A program made the position numbers and the translations under genes. A stretch of DNA of 60,805 nucleotides, the filler included, from Globobulimina sp. (Eukaryota), in NCBI GenBank assembly GCA_003354225.1. It is 8 parts of 8 records of this genome, joined end to end, with 100 filler letters (N's around TTAATTAATTAA, not from the genome) between each part and the next. Parts side by side here need not be neighbours in the genome. Positions count along the whole stretch, not along the records: positions 38,112 to 45,624 come from PIVH01000149.1; positions 45,725 to 53,215 come from PIVH01000150.1; 6 more parts are not named here. One strand, given 5' to 3'. A model generated the notes under the pieces. It searched no databases and had not been told where the DNA came from. It worked only from the letters and a program-made list of their open reading frames with translations. Below are positions 38,112-48,700 of the stretch, piece by piece (within the stretch, counting starts at the first letter, position 1; the number at the start of each line of letters is the position of its first letter).

Positions 38112-40753
38112 TCAAATCCGACTCTAATTTCTCATTCAATTGCTTCAAACCATTTATTTCATATTTCAAATCATTAATTTTTACATTAAATTGCGAGATT
38201 ATGTTTGCTTCCCTCTCCGCAATGGATTTGCTTAATTGTTTATTTAATTCTTTTAAGTTTTCAATTTCCACCAATTTATGCTCTAACTGGGTCTGTGTAT
38301 TATTTGTATGATTGCTATCAATATCGGATTGTTGTCGACTGAGTAATAATTCAGATTGCAATTCGTCAATGATTTCATTTTCAGGCCGTCGTAATGTCTC
38401 CAATTCGTCGCGGAGCTCATCCCTTTCTTCGCGGAGCTGATGATACTGACTCTCAAATAGTCGTTTTTCATCATCACTTTCCTCCCATTTTTGTTGCAAA
38501 ACAGCCAATTTATTCTTTATAAAATCATTATAAAACACCAATTTCTTATCACATTCATTCTTAAACGAGATAAATTTCGACTTTTCATTTTCAAATATCT
38601 GATTGATGGACAATCGATCATTTTTAATCAGGATTAGCTTCGATTGCAATTTATGCAAATTCATCTGTAATAAGACATTGTTATTGCTTTCCTCGCAAAC
38701 ACCGCCCACTGAGGGCTCCAACGACGACGCTTTGAACGATTCCGTGATCTTATTTTGCTGTTCAATGTTCAATCGCAACTCTTGTATTTGCTGTTGTAAC
38801 TGGTCGATGGTAACACGCGATTCTTGCAGCTCGCGACTCAATTTATGAGCGGCGTCGCTTTCTGCTCTCTGCTTATATGCTAACAATTGATTATTTAATG
38901 CATTTACGGTGATGGATAACTGCTGATTTTCCATCAACACATCGCGAGCGTTGTTATTTAGCGACGACTCATAAAACTCGATCTTCTGCGCAAACATCTT
39001 ATTCTCCTCACTCAACCGATCGATCTCTGTTTGCATGGAATGGAAGTCTTTGTGCTTTGCATTCAATTCTTGCTGCAAACTCTTGGATATATGCGTGGCT
39101 TTGCGTAGTTTGCATGCAATCACTTCGTTTTCGCACTTAATTTTATTCATTGGCGTCGAAAAACTCTGCAGTGCATAATATAGGTATATTACACGCATAT
39201 CATTCTGGTCTATGTGCGTATTACTTAACGGAGTGTCGAGTACGAGGCAAATTGTGAATGATTGCCGTTTTCATCCGCTTCCTGGCGGGCGACCCATTCA
39301 ACTCAATGGCCACGGAATGCCTCCGTCTTTTGCCCAACACGCTGTTCTTCGGTCGCCTATTACTGATATTATTATCTTCCTCTTCTTTCATATCGACATT
39401 CATATTGTCATTGACAGCGCCTTTATTCATACAAATAGCTTTTAAATGTCGTATCTCCCGCTCATACTTAGCTCGTTCGGCCGCAAAGTCGCTGTTAACA
39501 TTATTCCCGTCGCGCTTAAGAGTGAGACCATTGTCACCGCCCACAGCGCTTTGCGTTAATTGCCGCTGCAACTCTTGGATATAATTCTTCTGCCGTTTGA
39601 TGACCACGGCGTCGTCGACGATCTCCGTCACAGTGGCACAGTTCTTCACTTCCTTGGCTCTGGAAGCAAAGCCCAGCGTCGACACAGACTCTTCACTGTG
39701 TATATCCGCCGGGGTGATGGTGCAGATCACCACGGTCTTGCTATTGCCGCCCAGCGCAGGCTCTAAAATGTGCGTCAACTTACTGTCTCGATATGGAATG
39801 TGCTCGTTTGGGCTCTTGGTGCCGGTGCTGATTTCGGCCAACTTCTTGATCACAATGCCCAAAGTCAACAGGGATTTGTTTATATGGCCGCCTTCTTTCA
39901 GCCTCTTGCCGCTGGCATCCGTTTTTTTGGCCCGTTCGCTGCCTGCTAAGTCCACTATGTTTAGTATGGAGGACAGGACCGCACCGTCATAGTCTTGCGA
40001 GTTGGTCGTGTTTTTCTTGCGAGATTCCAATTGGATTTTAAATATTGTGTGCGAACGGGACGACTGATCGTTCATTTTGGTGGCACCCATGTTCCTGTTC
40101 GACATGCCTTGCTTTAATATGTCGAAGATTTTGGAGGCGTCGGTGATGGATTCCGTGGTCAGGCCGTGGACTATGGGCCGGTGGAAATTGTCCATGGATA
40201 TCTTCAAATGGATGTTAGTTGGCGATAAGAGGTCTTTTATGGATTCATTGTAGATTTCTAGATAAGATACGCTTAAATTGAATTCGCGGTCGGTTTGCTG
40301 GGAAATGTGGTTAAAAAAACAGTGGATATTCGGCATTTATGCGCTTTATTTGGTTGCTTTTTTAACTTTGGAAAGCGAGCGAAAAATGAATTTGATCGCA
40401 CGATGGATGATACCGTCGTCGTTGCCGGAACCCATCATCGTGAAGGTTTTGCCAGAGGAGGTTTGGCCGTATGCAAAGATGGTGCCGTTGAAGCCATCCA
40501 TGAAGGAATGGATGACCTGCGACACTGAGTCATTGTATATGTCTTTGGTGGTTTGATGCGGTGCGTAGACACGATCAAAGGAGTATTTTTTTGAGGAGGT
40601 TTGATTCATTGAATGGATCACGTTGTTTTGGTGATCGATTGTCCATACAATTTGACTGTTGGCTTCGATTTCTTTTGAATTTAACGGCCGAACACGAATC
40701 ACAACCTTTAATGTCGTTTGTACGGTGTTTTCTTTGCTTTCCACGCTAGACAT
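38112..40753 (-). CDS. Kinesin motor protein, CENP-E/kinesin-7-like, multi-exon, 3' partial
   Basis: VVIRVRP, FAYGQTSSGKT, SYLEIYNE, SSRSH, VDLAGSER, HIPYRDSKLT and LGGNSKT, followed by a long coiled coil. Confidence 0.92.
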
Positions 40754-40821
40754 GGCTACGTCCAAAATGTAAAAGGCTGAAAACTTCAAAAAAAACTTTT
40801 TGTAAATTTTCTTAATTGATT

Positions 40822-41700
40822 ATGGCACAAACGTGTGTTGGTGATTCCATATTTAGCTTCTTTTGGGAGCCCGACGATAATTATGGAACATTTGAAGTGT
40901 CATTAGCCTCGAAGAATACTTCATTTTCTGCATCAAGAGCAACATTCAATGATGAAAAAGCAGACACCGAGTCATCATTGTCGTCATCATATGAATATGG
41001 CACAGAAACCATCGCATTGACAACTACAAATTATGAAACACCAATATTAGATATCAGCACGTCGCGATTTGAAAAAAAAGGAATATCGTTAGCAGCATCA
41101 TTACAACAACCAAATGTATCATTGGATGCATCCTATTACGCACAAAAAAAATATTATTTCAATATCCATACATCATTAAATGCTATGACACAAAAAGATA
41201 ATTCCTTATCAATTTCAGCATCTTATGATATATTAAAAGAAAGAAATTTATTATTTTGTGCCGATTGGAATTTGGAAGAATTAGGTAATGAAAAAGCAAA
41301 TAAATCGTCATTTAATGTCGGCTGTGAATATAATAAATCAAATCGAATATTTGCCGTAAAATCAAAAGATAATTTTAGTGGCTTTGGTGTCGGTGTGATG
41401 TACGGAAGAGGCGATAATACATTTTATGCGCAAGCTGGACTTGAACATGATGAGAATGGTCAGGAGAAAAAGAAATTTATTGGTTTATGTGGAATGAGTA
41501 GGAAAGTGGATGATAATTCGTCTGTTGATGTGATGCTTAATAATGAATATTTTGGTGCGGTTCGCTATAATTCCGAAATAAAAGGTATTCAAAGTGGAGT
41601 AAATGTAAATGGAAGTATTGGTGCTAATTTTGATTTTAATCCAGAAAATAATGGAATTGCTACAAAATTACGATATTCAGTATCTTTGGGATTAGACTGA
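40822..41700 (+). CDS. Divergent eukaryotic porin (VDAC-like beta-barrel)
   Basis: About 292 aa of alternating amphipathic strands. The C-terminal pattern RKVDDNSSVDVMLNN..Y..GV..ANFD..TKLRYSVSLG resembles the VDAC tail. Confidence 0.65.
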   Translation: MAQTCVGDSIFSFFWEPDDNYGTFEVSLASKNTSFSASRATFNDEKADTESSLSSSYEYGTETIALTTTNYETPILDISTSRFEKKGISLAASLQQPNVSLDASYYAQKKYYFNIHTSLNAMTQKDNSLSISASYDILKERNLLFCADWNLEELGNEKANKSSFNVGCEYNKSNRIFAVKSKDNFSGFGVGVMYGRGDNTFYAQAGLEHDENGQEKKKFIGLCGMSRKVDDNSSVDVMLNNEYFGAVRYNSEIKGIQSGVNVNGSIGANFDFNPENNGIATKLRYSVSLGLD

Positions 41701-41776
41701 CATATAATATATAGACCAACCAAAGACTATAAATATAAGTATCATATAATTTTTCACTCTAACTTTTCTCGCAGAA

Positions 41777-42831
41777 ATGCAGACAATGCTCTTGTTTTTA
41801 GCAATATACCACATTGCCACAGTCTTTAGTGCATGTAAAGATGGCGACGATTTAACGTGTTCATTAGGTGGGAAATGCGTAAATTCCGCTTGTCGCTGTG
41901 ATCCAACCTGGAAAGGAGAATATTGCGACGAATTAGATTTATTAAAATCAAACACCTACAAAGCATTCTATCGTTCGTATGAAAGCTCATGGGGCGGATC
42001 TGTAGTACACGACGGTTCAACATATCACATGTTCGCTGCAGACATGGCATACAATTGTTCATTAAATGAATGGCAAACAAATTCACGCGTGGTCCATACA
42101 ACAAGCAGCAAACCTGAGGGTCCATATAACTTTCAAGCCGTTACATTAAAAATATTTTCACATAATTATAATCCAACTGTGCATGCAATAGCGGGCAAAT
42201 CTGGTTATTTTATGTATCATTTAGGCGAAGCGAATGCAAATTCGGGTTGGAAGAATTGTTCTAAATCGTTTTCTGCATTCCAAATGAAGGCATTCCAAAT
42301 GAAGCGCATACCACAAATCTGAATGGTAATTGGGAGAATACGGTATCTCCGGGAGGCAAATATGCATATAATAATCCAGCAGCATTTGTATATTCGAACG
42401 GTACAATCTTATTAGTTTATAAATATAACACAGCGGACAATTCGAGAGCGTTGGGCTTAGCTACAGCGCCGGCCTGGAATGCGAATTTTAAAAACATCAA
42501 ACATTTGCCAGAGTTACAAGGGGAGGATCCGTATATATATCGTGATCCAAATGGCTATTTTCATATTTTATTCCATACTCTGCCACACAAACATGGTGCA
42601 ACTGCGTACAGTAAGGACGGCTTTGATTGGTATTATAATAATAATGTTGCGTGGCCAAATTATTTTACATTGGAGAATGGTGATCAGGTTAAACTTGCAC
42701 GAAGGGAAAGGCATCAATTATTGCTTGATTCTGATGGTTGGCCAATATATTTATTCAATGGTGTTGAGCCTTCGGGTGAATCAAATATGTTTACATATAC
42801 TGGTGTTCAACCGATAAACAGTACGAAATGA
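41777..42831 (+). CDS. Secreted EGF-like + five-bladed propeller glycoside hydrolase-like protein, frame break at about 42260-42290
   Basis: CSLGGKC..CRCDPTWKGEYC, SSWGGSV, HNYNP, NNPAA, GEDPYIY and RRERHQL. The second half is in another frame, which opens at 42265. Confidence 0.75.
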
Positions 42832-42974
42832 CTTTAAATAGTTATAATTATTATACTTTACTTGAAAGGTTTTCACAGAAAAAAACTGTAATCTTGTCTT
42901 ACTCAATGTTCATTCCAACGGTGAAGAATTCCGGGTGATTCAGTGCTGTTCCGCTCTTATATCATTTCTATTCT

Positions 42975-43667
42975 ATGGATGGTCCTTGTGGTGTTTTTGT
43001 AACATTTTTATATTCAGCACTGAAAATTATTAGTAAATTTATAATAATATTATCTTTGTGGACAGTATCTATTTTTTATGATATTGTGGCCACAGAACAA
43101 GACAAAGAATGTAAAACTTTATTATTATGTGATGATTTGATGAGACATATGGTTAAATATTTATCATTTTATGATATAAATTCATGTCAATTTGTAAAAA
43201 AAAGATGGAATGTATTATTTTCTTATAAAATATCAAAATTAAATGAAGTTCTGTGGTTTGAATCGCTTAATAAATCATTTCAAAATTATCCAATCTATAT
43301 CTCATACAATCTGTTGTTGACGCCATGTTCTTATGATATTCAAATATTTGGTAGCAATAATCATCAATTTATTAAAATGTTAATTATGTTTATTGATGCG
43401 GTCAAAGCAAAAAATGCTAAATTGGCATATAAAATTATTAAAAGATTTGTTGAATTAAATGTACAAATTGCTGTTCGATGGTGTTTACATTATACACTTA
43501 AAGCAAATGAAACTAATTTTGGTTGGAATTGGTTGGATTTCAACATAAAACAGTTAGAGGTATTAAAGTTACACTTTGGCTGTACACCAAATTGCAAACA
43601 ATCGCATTTAGAAATATGTAATATGGTGGATTGGATGTGGAAACAAAAGAGAATTCTTAATAATTAA
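42975..43667 (+). CDS. F-box-containing protein with N-terminal hydrophobic segment
   Basis: F-box-like LCDDLMRHMVKYLSFYDINSCQFVKKRWN. Confidence 0.6.
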   Translation: MDGPCGVFVTFLYSALKIISKFIIILSLWTVSIFYDIVATEQDKECKTLLLCDDLMRHMVKYLSFYDINSCQFVKKRWNVLFSYKISKLNEVLWFESLNKSFQNYPIYISYNLLLTPCSYDIQIFGSNNHQFIKMLIMFIDAVKAKNAKLAYKIIKRFVELNVQIAVRWCLHYTLKANETNFGWNWLDFNIKQLEVLKLHFGCTPNCKQSHLEICNMVDWMWKQKRILNN

Positions 43668-43799
43668 AACACCAACTCTGTATGACAATTTATTATGCAA
43701 TGTTTAATTAAATGTTGCAAGACCGCCAATGCCTGGACTGGAGTGACTGTCCAATAAATTGATTCTTGATTATATTGATTTGCATATAATTTCATCAAA

Positions 43800-44864
43800 T
43801 TAATTTTCGTACAGCTTTCCAATCAACGATATGTTCCAAAAGATTACCATCAGATTCAACATATCATTCAAATCCATCGGATTCAACATATCCTGCAACA
43901 CACCGGCCCATCCCGCAAATATTCCACCTCCGAGCCCTCCGATAATGCCAACAATCACTGCATCAGCACAAGTGAACAAATTCTTTAATTCATAAACAAA
44001 ATCAACAACATGCGCCAAAAATGATATCTTTGCAATTTGCTCAGTTTTGGCCTGCGACAAAGACGAAGTCATCGAAAGCGAGTCTAATTTTTGAAAACGT
44101 TCCATATCATCATTAACATTTTGATATTTGATTGGCGATTTGTTGGGGATGGCATGCAAAGCTTGTTTGGCAGCCATGGAAGGTAATTTATTTGGTGCAT
44201 TTGGGAAATAGCACCATGACAAAATGAATGGGACTGCAGCTAACAAGGCATCAAAGTACAATAATTTTGGAAGATCGCTGCCCTTTTTAGCCAGTAAAGG
44301 ACCTAAAATGAAAGCTAAACAGGTGCCAAATGTATTCATTCCTGCGCCAATCCCGGTGGCTAAAACGCGTTGATTCTCTCCGAACCATATCACGGACAGT
44401 TTGGACGGCGGCGATAAGACTAATGGACCAGAGCAGGAATTGATTATTTGTGCGATATGAATGAATATTAAACAGTGCCAGAAGTTATTTGTTATTTTAT
44501 AATTGAAAAATGCAATTTGAGACAATACGGTTGGAATTAAACGAATTAGGGTGGCTATCAAAGTCAGTGTGCCACCTAAACGCATTGCATATTTTAAACC
44601 AGTAATGGGGAATAATAATATATAGCCGGCAAAGGGCGCGATTGCTAAGAAAAGTAATGGTGCCCAGTTTAACCATAAATCGACGGTCGCATTAACTTGG
44701 CTGTTATCCGCTGGTTTATGCAAATGGCGACTGCATCGGGGACGGAGGAGTAGCATCGAAAATACCAGCAATATGTACCACCTTTTCTTCTCCGGAGGGC
44801 CAAACTCTGTGAAAACTCGCAAGCGCTCAAAACTAAAACAATGAATGTAAAAATAAATAAACAA
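43800..44864 (-). CDS. MFS transporter, SLC49 (FLVCR/DIRC2)-like, apparently C-terminally truncated
   Basis: Multiple TM helices; LWLNWAP, AQIINS..GP..PSKLSVIWFGENQRVLATGIG and PP-like PNKLPS. Confidence 0.75.
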   Translation of the reverse strand: MFIYFYIHCFSFERLRVFTEFGPPEKKRWYILLVFSMLLLRPRCSRHLHKPADNSQVNATVDLWLNWAPLLFLAIAPFAGYILLFPITGLKYAMRLGGTLTLIATLIRLIPTVLSQIAFFNYKITNNFWHCLIFIHIAQIINSCSGPLVLSPPSKLSVIWFGENQRVLATGIGAGMNTFGTCLAFILGPLLAKKGSDLPKLLYFDALLAAVPFILSWCYFPNAPNKLPSMAAKQALHAIPNKSPIKYQNVNDDMERFQKLDSLSMTSSLSQAKTEQIAKISFLAHVVDFVYELKNLFTCADAVIVGIIGGLGGGIFAGWAGVLQDMLNPMDLNDMLNLMVIFWNISLIGKLYEN

Positions 44865-44891
44865 TAAGTAAAAATAGACAATGACTTCAAA

Positions 44892-45624
44892 TTATAAATC
44901 AACAAAATCCCAATCTTCATGTTCAGAGTCGACGTCACTTTCTTTCGGCGATATTACGACATCAGACTCAGAATTGTTAATCGCTGTCGATTCCGAAAAT
45001 GAGCGCGATTCATTCGACGCCGACTGCTCTCCAATTAAATGCATATTGGAGTCATAATTATTTATGATATGCAGCGGTTCGATTTTCGCTTTCCTAACAA
45101 TTTTCTTTTTGATTTTTTGACTTTTCGTCTGCAATTCGTTGCTATCCATTCGCTGCCGTTGCCGCTGCAAATGCTCAACCAACGTATTCAAATTGGCAAT
45201 GAACTGCAAGTACTTCAATCGCGACGATTTGACGCCGCATTTGACACACAAATGATTGACATTTTCCTGCAATAAATGTAAGCCAACCTCAAACTCCTCC
45301 TTTTCCATTGTATTCATCCAATATAACCGAAAATATTTCCCTTTCCGCTTGATATGTGTATGAATGACGAACTTTCCGCGCCGATTCTTCTTATACAATG
45401 CCATCGGATACAACAGCAAAATATTTAAGTATTTGCTCACGTGCAGTGCATACGACACAATGTACTGCAAAGCCGCACAAATTCCGTGCTCAATATGCGG
45501 GCCATGCTGCCACAACTGACCGGCACCGCAGTCTCCAGCGTCCAACGAGTGGCTCCGGCCGCGGCCAAATAACTTGTCCTCCTTCAAAAAAGTCGGCGGC
45601 AAAACCAGTTCGTCCAATGTCTGG
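44892..45624 (-). CDS. Hypothetical protein, 3' fragment
   Basis: ORF of 241 aa or more, open from the contig edge. Confidence 0.5.
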
Positions 45625-45724
45625 NNNNNNNNNNNNNNNNNNNNNNNNNNNNNNNNNNNNNNNNNNNNTTAATTAATTAANNNNNNNNNNNNNNNNNNNN
45701 NNNNNNNNNNNNNNNNNNNNNNNN
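45625..45724. other. Artificial contig-join spacer
   Basis: N44-TTAATTAATTAA-N44. Confidence 0.98.
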
Positions 45725-45746
45725 TAAATTAAATAATAAATTTGAA

Positions 45747-48700
45747 ATGATATATCTGGAGCGTCAAATTAATAAATCTGAAGTGCTGCCTTTTAGACAA
45801 GACCAAATGTTACACAAACCAGAAAACGTAAAAACCTACAGTAATATTAGAGGAGTAAATACGGTAGAAATCAATACTTTGGTCCGTGTATACCTTCAAA
45901 AATTAAAAGGCAAAATAGAAAGTTCTGGAAAGAAAGGAGAATTTTGGGCTGACGACGGACACAAACAGCACGAAAAAAGGAAAAATCCACAAAAATTGCA
46001 AAGAAAACAGGAATCAAAAGAGCGAATAGGAAGAAGCGAAGCAGTAAGTATATTAATTTTTTTAAATTCCAAATTTATATGTTGTCAAAATCATCAATAT
46101 ATGCGTGTATGTAAGATGAGTAAATCTGAGACGAAAAATAAATTAGGCAATAATAGAAATGATAGATATTCAAGTAGATCAAGTAGTAGAAAAGGATATT
46201 CGTCCGTACGAAAAACGACGGTAAAAACTAAGTCAAAATTAATATTAAAATTTGAAAATGCCGAAAAAGTCAAGACGGAAAACGGTACTCTATCCGTTTC
46301 CAGTCAAGACTCAAAAGCTAACATAGGTTATATAAAAACGATGAGAAAATCATTAAAAAGGCAACGATATGCAGATAATAAAACTATTAAAAATGTAGTA
46401 GAAAATTTATTAGACAACGTTGAGGATAAGTTAAATTCTTCCGAAGGAGATGTAGGGAATAACGTAGAACTTATAGAAGAAATAATAAATATAACTCCAA
46501 TAGGAGCGCGTCCGTATCAAAGTACACCGAATACAATCTCAAGTATATTAATAGGTAGTCGTACAGTAGATCATAATTCGTTAGGTATTAGAGACCTTAT
46601 ACCGAATACGGTATGGACACCGTATATAGTAGATTATAATGCAGATAAATCAAATCAGAATATAAACTGTACGCCGAATACGGTAAGTACATCGAATATG
46701 GTAGATTATAATGTAGATACATTAAATCAGAATATAAATGTTACGACGAATATGATAGACAATATAAACCGTACGTCAAAAATAGTATGTACACCGAATA
46801 AGGTACGTACGCTGAATACGGTAGATGATAATAATCTAAGTCAAATTGACGTGACGGTAGATAATATGTCATATGTATTAAATAATATTAGTGATACATC
46901 ACATATATATGACGATATATTAGAATTGCCATGCACACCAGATAATACTATTATACAGATTGAAGCAGATACACCAAGAAAAGGACCACAGAGACAAATA
47001 AGAATGTATCATTTAGTAATTAATAAATTAGCGGCAATAGAAATTGAATTGAAGTTGAAGCCAGAAACAGAAATAGACAAAGTTACAGATCAAATCATTA
47101 GAGACACACTAATAGAAATAGATGCAATATATAGAAATGTAGAATTATTTGATATAGAAAATAGTATAATACTGTGTAAACAAATAAATAATAAACTAAA
47201 TAAGTTAGACGACATAATATACGGTATATTAGAGAAAATAGGAGTTAAAACTAAAAATCATATATGTGATGAATTAGGTAACATGAATCTTTCATTTTGT
47301 GAACTTAAAAATTTAAATATTTCAGGTATGGATAAGGAGAAAGATCCAAATTTGGAGACAACAACATCAAGCGGTACGGCAGCTGTCGGAGACCCAGAAC
47401 TTACTGAGGCGACCAATAGCATGTCGACCGCGGCAATTACTACAGAATCACAGAAAAATGTAGATAAAAATGTAGAAAATTTAACCACAGACAATACTAC
47501 AGAATCAGAAATGACAGATGAAACGGCGACAGAAGACACAAATAATTTTGATAAATCTGCGTCAATTAGAGCTATACCAGAAAATCCACATATGTACCCA
47601 GACTTTCTGGAGAGATACGTATATCCAACGAGCTTAACAGAATTCTTAGATGATATAAATACAGGTAAAGATTATATTTATGAAACTGATGAGGGAAAGA
47701 AATATAGAATGAAAAATAACACCCCTCCTATAGATATATTAGATATGTCAGTTAAAGATAAAGAATTGAATGATCTTAGAGCCCACTTTATAACCCAAGT
47801 AGCTTGGCTAATGGGATATGAAAGTGAAGAAGGTAGAATTCATATCAATAATAATACTGCAATCATAAGGAAAATTAGAACTTTTATTGATGAATGCTGT
47901 GAGAAATCTACATTACCAGTACAGGGGACTCACATGGCAGCCATCTTAAAAACAATAGAAGACCATCAAATATTATCCATGAGCAAATCTATGGACACAG
48001 ACGAAACTTTGTTGAAAACTATCAAAGAATTAACACAAATGATATTAAGAAATAATGAATCAGTTTTTACAATAAATAAAGCAATTAGAACTACGATATC
48101 AAATCAGAAAAAAGTTGAAAATAATATTAAGGCTGTGTCAACTTCAGTAAGTGTAGAACATAGTGAACAGAAAAAGAAAAACGACGTATTTACGTTAAAT
48201 TTCACAAAAATGTCTAAACAACTTGAACAATTAAATTTAGACAATATCAAATACAAGAAAGAAAATGTGGAATTAAAAGCGGAAGTAGAAAAAAATAAAT
48301 CGGAATTGGGTAAGATAAAGGTGCTGATCGGTCAGTTAAGCGGAACCTCCATCCAGCAACAACGACCTGTATCTGCACCAACAACACCCTCGGTACATAC
48401 AAAGAATATTGAAGATTTAAAAATTGAAATAGAAAAAAATAGAACTGAAATGGGTAATATAAGGATGATGATCGGTCAGTTAAGTGGAGTCCAACAACAA
48501 CGACCTGAACCCACACCTATAATACCTCCTGTTGAAGAAATGCCACAATTAAGAGACAAAAAAGATATTTTAATTGGAGGATGTAAAGGATGTCCTTTCA
48601 ACTTCGATTATTTAACAGAAATTAGAATTGTAACTAAAATGACAGAAGATGCTAAAGATGAATTTGTATCATATCATAGCTTTAACCACTATATTATGAT

